DNA of 64,000 bases, taken from positions 50,935,474-50,999,473 of the forward strand of contig JARDVH010000106.1 in the NCBI GenBank assembly GCA_030324005.1. Reading direction: 5' to 3'. A program made the translations under genes and the position numbers. Under the pieces are notes generated by a model. That model was not told the origin of the DNA. It saw only the letters and a list, made by a program, of their open reading frames with translations, and did no database searches. Every line of letters begins with the position of its first letter. Position 1 is the stretch's first letter. The stretch is from Negaprion brevirostris (lineage: Eukaryota). This document shows, piece by piece, positions 1 to 14,125 of the stretch.

Positions 1-3000
1 TTTAGTGGCACAGATAATTGGCCATAAAAAGAGATGAAAAGTAGCAAAAAATGTCTAATCAACAGCCAATATGTCAGATTCTTCAGTAAAAGTCAACTCC
101 TACTGAGTGCCTAAAGATTTAGAAGGGTGGCATCCTTTCATTGTTTGCATCTTCCAATATAGAAAAGTAGAAATTGGAATAAACCAGATACAGAATCCAA
201 CACAAGAATTAGAGTTCTGAACTAAGTAGGTTTGGTTGGCTTAGTTCAGTGTCCAGCTGATAGGAGCCCACGGGACAAAAAGGAAATAATTGGGCAAGAT
301 TGGCTTTAAATCAACAATCACATAAAGAATAGTTGACATGGGAACTGGAAACGTCATACTTTTACAGCAGTATATCCTTAGCCTTTCTAAAGTTGGGGTG
401 AAGGTAAGAGCAAAGAGTTTTCATCTGCTTCTGGCCATGGTACATACAGCAGCCAGAATACCTGATGCTGACATTTGACAATAAAAGTCGATATATTTCT
501 CACTCTCACGTTCAACATTTCTCAATTTGATGGAAGTTTTGTGTCTCTTACAAAAATATTCAACCCACCCCTCCATGGGAAAGCTACTTTCAGTGAGAAG
601 ACAAAATGTGTCTTGAAATTATGTTGACTCAAATTCATATGTAAACCCTTAACACTTTCCAGTTGATTTTACCTGTAGTTGTCTGAACAGAGGCATTAAC
701 TAGTTTACTGCAAGTGGCTTAATGTCCAGTTAAAACACAGGAATTTTACATGGAAACCGTACACTATTATTGCACAATATTAATTGTTTTGATTCCTGCC
801 TGAATGTAATAAAAATGGTCAATAGTTACACCAACATGAATATGTTTGATAAGTTATTACCTGAGATTTATCTTGTTATTGTCAAATTTGACGAGAGATA
901 TTTGAGGTTCTTCTGTATCTTTGAATTGCAATGTAAGCAAAATAGACATATATTTACTAGAATTTTACCACCCTGCACCCCGCCGGAATTGGTGTGGGTG
1001 AGGCTCCCAGAACAGAATTTTCCATTGGCCTCAGCCACTATTTTATGAGCCTCACCCGAGTGAGGTTGTAAAATAGCCCCCATTGAGTGAAGAATAAGGT
1101 CACACATTTGCATCACAATTGAATGGCTGCCAACAATGCTGACATGTAACAAGCTGCTTGTGGCTTATGTAACTAGAAACAAAAATACACATTGCTTCCA
1201 AAAAGGATATCATATATTCTCCTTCCCATGCCATCCTGCTAATATAATGTACCTTTACTTCCTACATAGACACTGATGTCCAATTTCAAATGGAACATTT
1301 ATCAGTTCAAAATATTCAAATATGACCCCAAGTGACTAGCAGACCTTCAAGAATAGTTCATGATCCTGATTATGATCTAGAAAAGCACAGGACTGGACTC
1401 AGCAATAATGTCTTGCCATTGCCAAGTAAACCTGCTGATGTGTGAATCAGAGTTACTTGGGCGAGACGACCAGCTCCACCACAATCATACCCTGCATGAT
1501 TTAAGGATTTTAGACAGGGAAAGGAGCAGGGAGAAGAGGCTAATGAAAAGAATGAATTGCACCAAAATGATTGAAAGGTTTTCCTTCTTTCTTTAAAAGA
1601 AAAAGCAGCAAAAGGGGTGATTAGGGTGTGAGGCACACAAACAGGAGTGAACAGAGCTCCAGCCAAATACTCTGCAAACTCATACGGATACAGTTAAGAA
1701 ATAAAGCAAGTCTTGAAACAATAACTTGTCTGAAACAGCTGAGCAAAAATAGCCTGAAGGAGGAGTGCCGAGGTAACACTGTGAGCTCCAGTTTCACAGA
1801 CAGCTCCCTCTGGTGATGAGGTGAGCACATTGTAACAGCATTTTCAAGCTATTTTCATTAGGAAATATATGGCAACATCTTTAAAGCAATTCCTGTTTTT
1901 CTTTTTAGTGCTCTACTTCTTTGATAAAGATCATTAGTTTTATTATCCTATCTAATTGCATTCTTTGCTTTAGGACTTGGCAAGCCACGTTTTTGGACAT
2001 GCCCCAAAGACACAATTTATTCTACTATATAGAAGGTCCGAGAAATGCAATGTCCAGTCACAAATTGCAATTTTACATTCTTCGCGTATAAGGATAAGGT
2101 TAAATACTAATTTGTTGCTGCTGTACCACCATCAAACTATCAATGAAGTGGATTTTCAATTAGTTACATCACCGGACAGATAGAGTATGGTCTTGGGGGA
2201 GAAAAAAAAAATCAGGATTCTATTTGTCATATGCACAATGTAAGAGAGATAAGATGATCTTAAGAGCAAAGATTTTCTGGTAATGGGGATTTGGCTGTAG
2301 AGATGTCTGTCTTTTATGCTCTCTGATCAACAGTAAATAATTGGGAGAATTTTCAGAAATAATGTTGTTGTTCTGGATTGAGTCCATACTCTGTGTACTG
2401 ATAGATTTTACACCATGTCAGGTTTGAGCCCATCTACTTTGCTGCACTATCAAAACCTTTAACTTTGTTTCACTCTGATGACGTATTACGTGCCATTTTC
2501 TAAATTAGGAATGAAAGTACGTACAAAGCAAAGGATTGGAGGGTTTGTACATGTTTCAACTTTTGTGCCAAGTACGCTGCTAGGGACCATATCAAAAAAC
2601 AGGTATCTGCTGAGTGAGCCTATTTAGCAAAGAGATAAACATAGAAACCAACAAGAACACTTGGCACTTTTTATAGTCCCTTAAACATGGTAAAATGTTC
2701 CAAGGTGTTTTATAGGAACATTATCAGTTAAACCCTGAGACAAAACAATGCAAGGACTGGTGATCAAAAGGTTAGCTAAAACGGTAGCATAAAGGAGAAG
2801 AAAAAGGTGGAGAGGTGGAAAGGTTAATGGGGAAATTCCAAGTTTAGAGTCCAGACAGTTGCAGGCACGGTCAATGTGTGGCAAAGGGCATTACAGATGC
2901 GCATAGGGCCACAACTGGAGGATCATGGGCCTTAATTTTCAGAATGGTGAGTGCTCTGCACTGACCTCAACAGGCCTGCTGTCATTTCACACTCAACTGA

Positions 3001-3489
3001 GCATTGATTGGGCAACAGGCAGGACTTCTGGAAGGAATCCCATCCATACAATTTTCCACTCTCAGAACCCACCTGGGGGAGTGTAAAACTCTGGTTATAG
3101 AGTTTGTGAAGGGTTATATAGCTGGAAGAAGTTGCAGAGATAGGATGGGTTGAACCAACAAAAGCATGTGAACACCAGAATGAAAACTGTAAATCTGAGG
3201 GATTGCTGGACCAGATGCTATATCAGTGACCGCATGGATAATGTGTGAATAGGTATTGGTACAGGTTGGTACTTTGGACAGCAGAGTTTTAAATGAATTT
3301 AACATTATCAAAGATTCAAGGTGAGAGGATGGCCAGGATATGATTGGATTGGAATACCAACAATTGGAGCTAACAAAACCATGAATGAGAGTTCAGCAAC
3401 AGATAATCAGAGATATGTGCAGAGACAGATGATATTACTGAAGTGGAAGTACATGGTGACTTTTGAACACTCTGCATCAGTAGGCAGTA

Positions 3490-3680
3490 GAAGTGGAGCC
3501 ATTGAGTATTTTTAAGGTGGATATAGATGGTTTCTTTTTAGGCAAGGGAATCAAAAGTTAGAGGATAGATGGGAATGTGGAATTCAAAACAAAAACACAT
3601 CAGATTTGAACTTATTAAATGGCTGGGCAGGCTTGGGGGAGCTTACCTCGGCTCCTAACTCGTAATTTGTATGTTTGTGT
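3490..3680 (+). mobile_element. CR1/HER1 3' end inserted in L2-like remnants (~2640-4025, minus strand)
   Basis: ggcaagggaatcaaaagtt...ttaaatggctgggcaggcttg tail matches the other HER1 tails in the window. Confidence 0.65.
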
Positions 3681-4329
3681 GAAGCGGTGATTCATAAGAA
3701 CATAAGGAAACAAAGTATGATACTGAATTACAGAAGGAAATCTGATGACCAAAGGCTTGGTCAGAGACAAAGTTTATAAGGAGCGTTTAAAGGAGGAAAA
3801 TGTGGCCGTTCGTAGGAAGGGAATCCCAGAGCTTGGGGCCTCAACATCTAAATTCATGACCATCAATGGGTGAGCAGTTATAATTGGGAAAGTTCAAGAG
3901 GTCAGAATTAGACAAGTGCAGATATCTTGAAGGGTTGTAGATCTGGAGGAGTTTACAGCAATTGGGAGGGACAGCACCACAGGGGGATTTGAAAACTAGG
4001 AGGAGAATTTTAACATAAAGACAATNNNNNNNNNNNNNNNNNNNNNNNNNNNNNNNNNNNNNNNNNNNNNNNNNNNNNNNNNNNNNNNNNNNNNNNNNNN
4101 NNNNNNNNNNNNNNNNNNNNNNNNNACAATGCTTGATAAGAAGCCAATGCAGGTCTGTGAGTGTTCCAAGGAGTAGATGAAATGGCTTCTCCTCTCAAGC
4201 CTTTCTGCACCAAGGATGATAACTACGGCAAGCCTATTGCCAAACTGCACAAAGGCACTTCTCGAAATATTACCCATTTCATAAGAAAAAGCATCCCGCA
4301 TACATTATCATTTGCATTTGCAAGTCAGG

Positions 4330-6760
4330 CACATGTATAGACTACAATAACATTCACGACCCATGTACAGGAAATTAGTTATTCAAGTCCGACACACTTC
4401 TGTCTATCTCTACACATATGTTGCACACATGCATTCAGGTCTTTTCCTGTTACATGTGCATGTTGTTACTGGTCATTTGTCTGGTGCCCACTCATTCCTG
4501 AGATGATGTCTACTCGGGGAATTTTGCTGCCATGGTGAGTGTTGCTGCGGATCCATTATATTTGTTGGAGAATAGTTGACCTCTGGGAGTGATGGTCATT
4601 CAATTCTTTGTACAGTTGGTGAACTCATATTTTCCTCAAATCTTCTGTGAAGGAGCAGTTTCTCCAGTTGCATGTATGTATCTGTGGTTACAATACATCT
4701 CTTTGCTCATTTTCATTGTGTATGGTTGAGGTTACAATTTCTCCACACAGGTCCCAAGTTACCAAGTGAGCTGAGCTTTTTTGAGCATGTTGAATGTTTG
4801 CATTCTGACCAACTTTCCAATTTTCAGCTCTGGCAATAATTTGGTAGCTTCATTAAAATGAAATGTTGCTTTCTGTTGTTTCACTTTGACTTCATCACTC
4901 ATTCCAGTTACTAATTGTGGCTTCAGTAGTGTTTTAGCCATTGAAAGAGTAGTCTTCATAACATTAATCACTGAACTGGACTACTTTCCATGCCCTCTGT
5001 AGATGTGTTTTTCCACTCTAGGATTGCCTTGTAAACATTAAAGCTGGATTAAGTTAATTTTTTAATAATCCCTTTGGCAATTGTCACTGTCACCTCAGAC
5101 TTTCCATTTGACTGGGGATAGTGTGGAGATGATGTGTAAAATTTCCCAATCAGATATGAAGTGTTTGAATTCTTCACTCAAGTATTGAGGGCTATGATCC
5201 ATCACCACAATGTCAGGAATGCCATTTCAACTGAAGTGTGCTTTTTCATGCATTCTACAATCTTATTGATAATCATTGACATCAGCTCGTCTGATTCCTA
5301 GTCGTCTGAATAGTAGTCAATGGTGATGAGATAGTCACTTCCAAAGAGAGTGGAAAAATCTACTCCAAGCTTCATCCATGGTCTGGGATGTCATGAATCA
5401 TTCGCGGTTCTTTAGCTTGCTTAGCTGAATGTTCATTTCAGGCACTGCATTAACTGATGTGGATCTTGACCCCATTGTTCATTGGCCAGTATAGCATTTC
5501 TCTTGCATTTTTCAGACTCGAATCGATTCCTTGATGGTTTGTACAGATGCAATCCAACATAATTTTTCTTATCTCTTGAGAGACAATGGCTCTAGTTTCT
5601 TTGTACAAGATGCCATCTTGAGCAATCACTTAATCCCACTTATACCCAATACTCTCTCACAACAATAGATGTGTCCCTGCTGGTTTCAGACCATTCTTTC
5701 ATTATTATTTTCTGCAGCACATGATGAGATGCATCTTCTCATATAATCTGCTTGATCTGAGCAAGATGATTGTTTGCCAGATTGAATGTCACTGCCGGGC
5801 TGAGGACTTCTAGTGTATGTTGTACTGTTGCTTCTTGCTAAATCTGGTAGAGTTCACACTCTGTACTAGCATCATCAAGTTTCTTCAAAGTGGGTGCAGC
5901 TCTTGACAGGTGTACATCTGCTTCCCCTGCTTGTACTTCACATCCACATGTTATCTCTGCAAATTAAGTAACATCCTGTGCTGACACTTTGGAGCAGAAA
6001 GAAAAGGTTTGAAAAAGATTCTTAAGTCATACTCCCAGAGATTAGTAGACCACCCACAATCATGTCCACTCCAGGAAGCCCACTGACCATCTCTTGCTGT
6101 CAGCATTAATACTCTTCCAGAGCAGCAGAAATGCCAAACAGCATGCACAACCATCTGTACCTTCCAAATAGTGCTCAAAACATAATCAGAAAACTGCTGT
6201 TTCATTCAACTTCACTTGCCAAAATCCATCCTTTGCACCTTGAAGGGTCTTTGCCTTGGCAAGTTGTGACAAAATTTCTTCAATAGTTGGCATGTGGTAG
6301 TGAGAGTTCTTCAAAGCTGTATTCAATTTTTTTGTATCTAAGCATGATGTGAGCTCTCCAGGTTTTTCACTGCTACCATGCTGCTAATTCAATCTATAGA
6401 AGTTGTCACATTCCTGATTACTCCCACCTTTTCAAGCTCCTCTATCTTGTTTTTCAGACTGGATTTGAGAGCAACTGGAACTCCCCTCAGAAAATGCTAA
6501 GTTGGTCTCACACAATCATCTACTTCAAGATGATATTCACATCCAAGACCTNNNNNNNNNNTTAGTATCTATTCAGCAATCAAGGGCTTGATGCCATGAA
6601 AAACATTGGAAACCTCGTCTGGTACATGGAGGGTTCCAGCCTAAGCTTTTCACTTGTTTAAGCTGGGATGAAGGGATTTTGCCTAATGCTTACTTTTGGA
6701 AACTTCAGATCTTCTTTCTTCCAATTGCATTGGGCTCTAAGTTTAGTTTGCCCTCTCTGT
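4330..6760 (-). mobile_element. Decayed Ty3/Gypsy LTR-retrotransposon pol remnant (RT to integrase)
   Basis: Minus-strand peptides SHYHMPTIEEI and KDGFWQVKLNE (RT, ~6200-6310), REMLYWPM (~5490), DYLITIDYYSD (~5320), TSSPHYPQSNGKSEVTVTIAKGIIKK (~5060-5135). Stops and frameshifts throughout; RT precedes IN. Confidence 0.85.
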
Positions 6761-7449
6761 AGTTGCGTGTGTGTGCGCGAGTGATTTGTGAGTGAGTGAG
6801 AGAGCAAGCGAGAAAGCCAGTGACTTTGACATTGCATTATTCTTATTTTGTGGTGAATGAATTTGCTCTTTGACTCAAGAAAACCTTGCCTTATTGACTC
6901 CTTATTGTTCACAGCTTAAATAGTGGAATATGTACTAATTTGGAAAAGGAGTATTCTCATGGAAAAATAAATTTTAGCCTTTGTTGTGACTAAGCATGGG
7001 ATTCAATAGAGGACAGTCAGTTCACCCCTTCTCATTTGGTTATATTAAATGCCTTCTAAATTTTGGAGGTCAAGTTTTTTCTATCTGTGACTGGAGAAGT
7101 ACACATCTGCCATTTTTCCATGGACTCATCACATTCCCCCCTTTTATGTTTTTGAACATACAAAGTTTTATGCAAATAGAAGTTTATAGTGTTACTGCTT
7201 ATATGCTCTCAAGTGCCTTGACTTATTAATAGGATAGACTTCAGAACACAAAGGTATGAAATCATGTCAATTCCCTTGCATATAGACTGCTATAATTAGG
7301 AATTTTGGTTGATAGATTTCCTATTCTGTAAGCCAACATTTGTGATTGTAGCAGCCCTTCGACAAGCTGTACAGAGTTTCAGTGATTTAAGGTGACCTTG
7401 CATTTTTATGTCCTGAAGCTTGCTCCATTAATCACCCATTGTCACCTAA

Positions 7450-8125
7450 CAAAAGCTTCCCCATGTGTTAATAGCTTATTTATAAAAGGTGATCAGACAT
7501 GTTACATTTATATTCACATATTGCTGTCGACAGCAGTTCCAAGATGCTTGCATGTGGGACACAAAGCAAAGTGCCATCCAAAGTGGTAGAAAAGAGGAAA
7601 AGGTGGTTTGGATTTAGCCAGTGGTGGAGACAAAAGGTGGCATATTTTATAGCAAATTGAAGTGTTTCAGACAGACATCATACAGGCCAATGGAGGCACT
7701 GATCACTTCACTGGGCAGGACCAGAATGTCTGACACCAGATTTGCAAAGCAAATGCCCTACTCTGAATTCAGTTGTAGCAAGAGACTTCCTGGAGGACAG
7801 CAGAAATACTTCAGGATGTCCTTTTTTGCTTTCCAGAAGAAGTCAAATACCTTCACCAATGCATGGCAGATCCGAGCTTGTGACCAATCAAATTGGGGAA
7901 GGCTTATTTGGGCAGGCACCAGAAACTTTAGTGGGAATGCATAGAGGCAAAGTCAAGGTGCTGAAGTGAGAACACAAACCTCCAAACCAACTCATCCACC
8001 CAAACCTGCATGTGGTAGAATCTGCAGTGTGTATATTGGACTTATCAGTCATCTCAGAACCCATCAAACCACATTGAAAGCAAGTCATCCTTGATCCCAA
8101 GGGACTATCTAGGAGAAGATACAGG
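7450..8125 (+). mobile_element. RTE LINE 3' fragment
   Basis: TRMSDTRFAKQMPYSEFSCSKRLPGGQQKYF resembles the RTE C-terminal RM.D.R.PK..LY.EL..G.R..G...KR motif; followed by a degenerate C2H2-like region and a gaaga-type tail. Confidence 0.75.
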
Positions 8126-8970
8126 CTGGTACTGCAGCTTTAATTGTCCCTAAGGTTGGAAGTTAACCACTTGGTACCAAAGGTTGGTTCAGCTGATTAG
8201 ACAAATGAGTAGCAACCTATGCAGATCAGGAAGATCCCAGTTTTGATCTATATTCTTGTGCCAAATTAACAGATCTTGTCAGGCATTACCGTGACTTTAG
8301 AGCTCCTGAGATAAAGAAATATATCAGCCAAAAGTCCTATCTTTCATCTGAGTGTTTTGAATCAGACTTTGCTGTGAGTGTGAACATGGGCAAGAACGAG
8401 ATGGGAACAGAATCAAGCTTGACTGTCATACTCCCCAAGTCTGCCATCCTGCCATCATTTACTTTCAAAGTTTACACATGATTAAGGGCAATTTAGGTAA
8501 CATTTGAAACAGTACACCCAGCAAGGACTCAAGCCTTTCAGCTCAGGCAAAGAGTAGATTAATGTAAATATCAATGTTAAGGAAAAAAAATTGTGCCGTG
8601 CATTCGTAAATGGCCAACTTTGTTAGAAAAACCAATACCAACCTCTCCAGCAAACATTATCCTGTAATGCATGATAGCGTCACACTTCATTTTGAACCTC
8701 CTCACGTCAGCACTTATTGATCAACAATTATAAGGATATTTGTTTAAATTTCAGCCTATCAATGCACAAGAACAAGAAATGGATTTGGCAAGCCTTCCTC
8801 AATAATGCATTTACATTGGCATTTGTTTAGCTTGATTTCTAGAACACTGACATCTCGACCAGACAGCTTGTGTTTAGACTGATAAATAATCAGGGAACTG
8901 TAGACCTTGAGAAAACACAGCATTAATGTGAGGAGCTATGATCAGGTATTCCAGCAGTAGATAGACTCAC

Positions 8971-9117
8971 CTGCAAGAGCTTCCACCGTGTATTCAAGTC
9001 CTCTAGTTGGTTTAGATTGTACGGAGAGAGCTGGATGTCTGGTGGTTTGAACTGGCGGGCAAGGTCATTCATGTGAGTCACATTCTCTTTCAAAGGAGTG
9101 ATTTCTGCTCGGAAAGC
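8971..9117 (-). CDS. DMD: Dystrophin exon equivalent to human exon 60
   Basis: Polypyrimidine tract then ccag|GCTTTC...TTGCAG|gtgagt, 147 bp. AFRAEITPLKENVTHMNDLARQFKPPDIQLSPYNLNQLEDLNTRWKLLQ; LKENV and IQLSPYNL are dystrophin-type rather than utrophin-type. Confidence 0.96.
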
Positions 9118-10299
9118 CTGGATCCAAAAGAAAGAAAAAAAAAATTTTATGTTGTGTTCGATTTACAATGTCACTTTACAATGATGCATATTTTCAGATG
9201 CTACAACTACAATGTCATATACAGTGGAATGGATTAACGCGACAATATTCTGGAACTGTGAGGCTTGTTCTGTCAGGTAGGTATAAAGCAGATGTCAAGT
9301 AGATTCAAAACCAAACAGCACAAGGAGGACCCACGTCAGATCATTTCAATTAAAGGCCACACTCATAGGCGTCAGATGGAAGAATCCTATCATGTTATAA
9401 AGCATCCACTTAAATTAGCAGACTTTAAAGCAAACACACCTCAGGTTGCTTCTTTGCCTTCTCAGAACTTCTTTCATTTTCACATGTAATAAGCAGAAGG
9501 AATTTCTGATGGCTTTATATAGTTAATCTAATCATCAACAGACTTAACACTTGCTGACTCTAAGTCTTGTATTTACTATTAACTACTTTTTACAGATGTC
9601 ACAAAACAGTCGGTGTTTACTACTTAAGCAGAGAAAGAAAAAAGTTAATCATATTTCTTTTAGGCAGTCTATGCTCTTAATGACAAGTTTGTGCTACTGT
9701 TTAAGCAGGGAGAGAGCAGTTGGGCAGTTTAGTTGTAATTGCATCAAGTACAAATAACACTTTGAGGCAATTTTACTTCATTTTCCTCACACATTTTAAA
9801 CAAATGAGAAGAAATCTGTTGTGTACTTTCTGCTGCAATAAGGCCCCTTCAATATGGTTACTAAAGGAACGACATGCTTGCATGATTTGTATCGATCTAT
9901 TAGTCTTGTCTCTTTAAGATGGAGTAGAGAGCAGCAACAGCATGGTGTTGAGTTGGAGCAGCACTGAGAATTGAGCAGTCTTATACAGGTAACTATGAGT
10001 GAAATCCAGAAGCCAGGCCTTACTGTGGGAATTAAGTTTTTATATCCATGAAGGTTGAATGAGGAACCAGGAATTAGAAAACAAGGATTCTTACTGGATT
10101 AATCAAAAGGGAAAGGAGAAGGAAAGTTTAGACATTGTAATATTTCACCAGCTGGGGCTATTGAGGTCAAGAACAAAAAATTATTTCAAAACGGAAGGCA
10201 TACATGGATTGGGTTTACAGGATAGAATGTCAACACCAAGGACTGAATGATCATCTCCTGTGCTGTAATTTATATAAATCAATTAAAGCTTTCCTTGAA

Positions 10300-10625
10300 T
10301 TTTGCTGAAAAAGACATGTTGAAATTTTTTGTCTTGTCCTCATCAGAGCACCTCACAAGAATACCGATATGAGGGGATTGTAACAAATTTATACGGTATG
10401 AGGGCAAAGTATTGCTTGGTTGCTCAGCAGATAGGTAAAGGTGTTGCTGTGGATAATGTGCCAGGTGACTGACAGTTAATTGCCAAGCATTGTTTGAAAT
10501 TTAAATCAGACACTTTGACCCTGATTGGTTAAGGCACGCTCTGTGGAATTAGTCAGCTAATGGCTGTCACTTATTTTGCTTAGCTGGAACAGGCACAATG
10601 TGTGAACATATTCTTTCTGTCTGCA
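10300..10625 (-). mobile_element. Second Penelope-like terminal repeat family; related copy at ~55365-55575 (+)
   Basis: Minus strand attcttgtgaggtgctCTGATGAggacaagacaaaaa..caacatgtctttttcagcaa parallels tcttcttgcatttgtcctaatgcaagactaaaagctcttctcagcaa at 55520-55570. Confidence 0.5.
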
Positions 10626-11169
10626 AAGCTTTCCTTTACAGAGGCCAGACTGAGGGAATGGTTTTTGTGATGAACTGAGTTTACGACCATGTACCCTACC
10701 CCAACACTGAGCCACTTCCCTTTGTGGGATTTCTCAGTTTGGTTCAGATTTGTCTCCATCACTCAAATTTGACATGTAAAGTCCAAGAATGGAAGAGCTC
10801 TGACTGATTCTCAGTTTAGAGTTACCACCTCCATATGGAACCAGAGTCTAAGGAGATAAGAAGAGTGATTGACATTAGTCAATAGGGACTTTGACCACAC
10901 CTTGTGCAATGCAGGAATTGAGATTCCAATTTCATGGTGCATGTCAGTGACTTACAGCACTAGTTCTCAAAAAATAATGAATTGTTCAGCATTCGAGTGA
11001 GTAGAGATCTAAGAAAAGAATGATCATAACTTTGTGGGCAGGATTTTATGGCCTCATTTGAGCAAGACTGGAAACTCCTGCCTGAAAACTCTGTTGTCCC
11101 CCCCTCATCTGCTCTGATTCGCGAGGTGGTAGAATTTTGGCGTGTGTTTTATTGCACCAGGTTGAAACT

Positions 11170-11500
11170 TGTACTTTAAGAAAAACAAGCTAAGATGTAG
11201 TTCTGGAGAAGGAATGGAGCAGCTCAGTTGGAGGGAACATAAGAGCATTGAAGATGTTCTCAGGATGGTGGAGGAGGCAAGATTGTTTGTGAATATCATC
11301 AAAATAAGGCTAATGGGTTGGATTATTCCTATTCTAATACACAAGACAGTACCAAAAGAGGTGATTGAAGGTAGATTGGAGGGAGAAAGAGAATGATGTT
11401 AGGACTTCAAATTGAAAATGGGAGGTTCCTATGATTAACTAAAGAGAAAAGCACAAGATCACGTGGCTTGGAGGAATGAGTAGAGAATCTGTCTTTAGGC
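11170..11500 (+). mobile_element. RTE-like LINE C-terminal fragment
   Basis: LSWREHKSIEDVLRMVEEARLFVNIIKIRLMGW...EVIEGRLEGER is typical of RTE/BovB-type C-termini. Confidence 0.65.
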
Positions 11501-13139
11501 AAGTGACTATTACCTATCAGGGAATTACACCTATTACCACCATTTGCATACAATTACTGTGTTACTGACTTACTATTGGTTATGAGGGAAATCTGAGTGT
11601 TACCGCTTTAATATTTGTTATTAGTGCAATTTCAGTAAGTTACCATTAGATACTGTTGGAATCAAAGTTCCTGGCATCTCTGATTTCCTTTCTGCGAGAT
11701 ACACNNNNNNNNNNNNNNNNNNNNNNNNNNNNNNNNNNNNNNNNNNNNNNNNNNNNNNNNNNNNNNNNNNNNNNNNNNNNNNNNNNNNNNNNNNNNNNNN
11801 NNNNTCCTGCTGTTGTCATTGGGTTTTCCACTTGTTCACACCCTCCGCTGCCATCATTTGATCTGTCAGCATACGTTCAGGCATCATGTGGTCAGAATCT
11901 CATGTGAGCTAACCATCAACGACATCTTACTCAAAGCAGGTGGAACAATTGCCTGTTAATGGGATGGGCATAGTTCTTATTTCTTTTTCTTGTCCTGTTG
12001 TGAAAGGGAGATAGGAACAGAGTAAGCAATTGGACCCATTGAGCATGCTTTGTCAATCAACCGGATTGTGGTTTGTCTGTATCTTAACCACCTTTCTCTG
12101 CCTTAGTTCTGTAGCTCTTATGACCCTAGCTTTTATCAATCTCACTTTGGAATTTTTCAGTTGACCTAGATGATGCTTCTGGATTTTTAAAATCATTTTT
12201 AAATGTAAAAGATCTAACCAATGAATTATTTAAAAATGTGGGTTTAAGTTAATTATTGTTTTCATGGATGTAAATTTACAACATGAAGAATGATAGCTAT
12301 GTACTCGCTTTCAAACAACGTAGCTGAAACCAGTATTCTGGAGACAATGAAAGATAATTTGTCATTCCTGTGACTGCTAGCACTCACTTTTTCTGCAACT
12401 ATCTTATTCATTGGAACTCAACAGAGCCGTTGTCAAGTTGTGCTGGTGGGCTCTATTCTTCTGAGAGGGTGGACTCTGTTTTGAAACACTAGAGTCAGAC
12501 ATTTAAAAAGAAACACACCAACAGAAAAAATTAGAAGGCTAACTGTGTGTGAGAAGATTAAAACTGGACAGCCTCCAAAAACTGGCATCTTTGTGCTGTC
12601 TGCTTATTAGAATGATTTCCGCATGTCAAGCATGTCAAGTGTTTGGCTTGGAGTACTTTGAGAGTTGAATCTGGCCAAGGGAAGAGAGAAGAATGGTTGA
12701 ACATGAGAGACACTCTGGTTTTCCTGTTGGAGGGAGTGAAAAAGAGGAGAACCATTCAGTATCTGCAGGGCTGTAGACACATAGTGAAAAGACAGCTATG
12801 GAGATCCACAGCAGGAATCTAGTCCCAAGAACCTAGTTGCAACACCACAAGATATTCAATGACTCCACACAAGTGATAAAGTTCAGTTCATGCATCTTCA
12901 AATACCATCAACTATCAATTGCACCACTAGCATCAGCCACTGCAGAACATTAATGAGATGAAATTTTCCTTTGATGGGAGTGCAAATCATGCATTCCTAA
13001 ATCAACAGCCCACCTAATACTCCCTTTCACTGTTTAGTGGTGAAAAAGTGTGATCAGGATGTAAAACAAGCTGTTGATTTGCTGATGCATATTTTACTTT
13101 CCTGCTCAAAGCCCCTGTTCAGCAAAATACATTCTCACT

Positions 13140-13845
13140 ACACAAGTGCCAGGCAATGACCATCTCCAAAGAGAATCCCTCAACAGCAGCATTCAGTGGG
13201 TTACCATTGACTAGAAACTAAACTGGACTGGCGATATAAATACTTTGGCTACAAGACAGGTCAGAGTGAGGGATCCTGTGATGAGTAACTCACCTCCAGA
13301 CCCCTAAATCTTGTCCACAATCTACAAAATACAAGTCACTTGTGATGGAATATTCTCCACTTACTTGAATGAGTGCAACTTCAATAAAACTCAAAAAATT
13401 TGACACCATGCAGGACAAAGCAGCCCACTTGATTGGCAATCCATCCATATTCACTCCCACTACTACTGATGTAGAGGGGTTGTAGTGATTATTATCTACA
13501 AAATACATTGTAGGAACGCAACAAGACCTCTCGGACAGCACCTTTCAAATGCACAACTGCTATCATCTAGAAGGATGAGGGCAGCAGATACGTGGGGACA
13601 TCATCACCTGGAAGTTCCCCTCCAAGCTATTCACCATCCTGACTTGGAAATATATCGCCGTTCATTCACTGTTGCTGGATCAAAATCCTGGAACTCTTCC
13701 ACTAAAGATGTACTACATCACGTGGACTGCAGCGGTTCAATAAGGCAGTTCGCCATCACCTTCTCAGGGGCAATTAAGGGTGATAATGAATTCTGGCTGA
13801 GCCAGAAACTCCCACATCCCATTAAAGAACATAAAAAAATGAAAA
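13140..13845 (+). mobile_element. 3' part of a second CR1-group LINE family
   Basis: KCQAMTIS, IYKIQV..VMEYSPLT, KKFDTMQDKAAHLI; 3' tail caccttctcaggggcaattaaggg...cccacatccc. Related copies at ~20640-20785 (-), ~46440-46640 (+) and 51175-53395 (-). Confidence 0.75.
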
Positions 13846-13921
13846 GGGAAGAAAATTACACCATGATGATTATACATTGACAAACAGCATCCTCATTTTC
13901 AATCTGGCATCAGGAGTATTA

Positions 13922-14125
13922 TGGGTGAGATTTTCCGGCCTTCCAGCTGTGTGTTTCTCATTGGTGGGAGGTGGCATATTGTTTGCCGAATTCTCTGGTC
14001 CCTCTGCTGTCAATGGGAATTCCCATTGGCATCACCCCATGGTGGCAGGAAACTCACGGGCAGGGGTGCGCTGCCGGCGGGACCAGAGAATCCCTCCGGC
14101 ATGAATGGTCAGAGAATTCCGGCCG
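13922..14125. mobile_element. Foldback / MITE-like palindromic element
   Basis: Perfect 18 bp palindrome caatgggaattcccattg (14011-14028), nested arms attctctggtccc / gggaccagagaat, imperfect GG-starting termini. Confidence 0.7.

Noticed and set aside
1370-1830. Cluster of overlapping short ORFs with possible TE origin
   Set aside because: No family or motif could be assigned with confidence.
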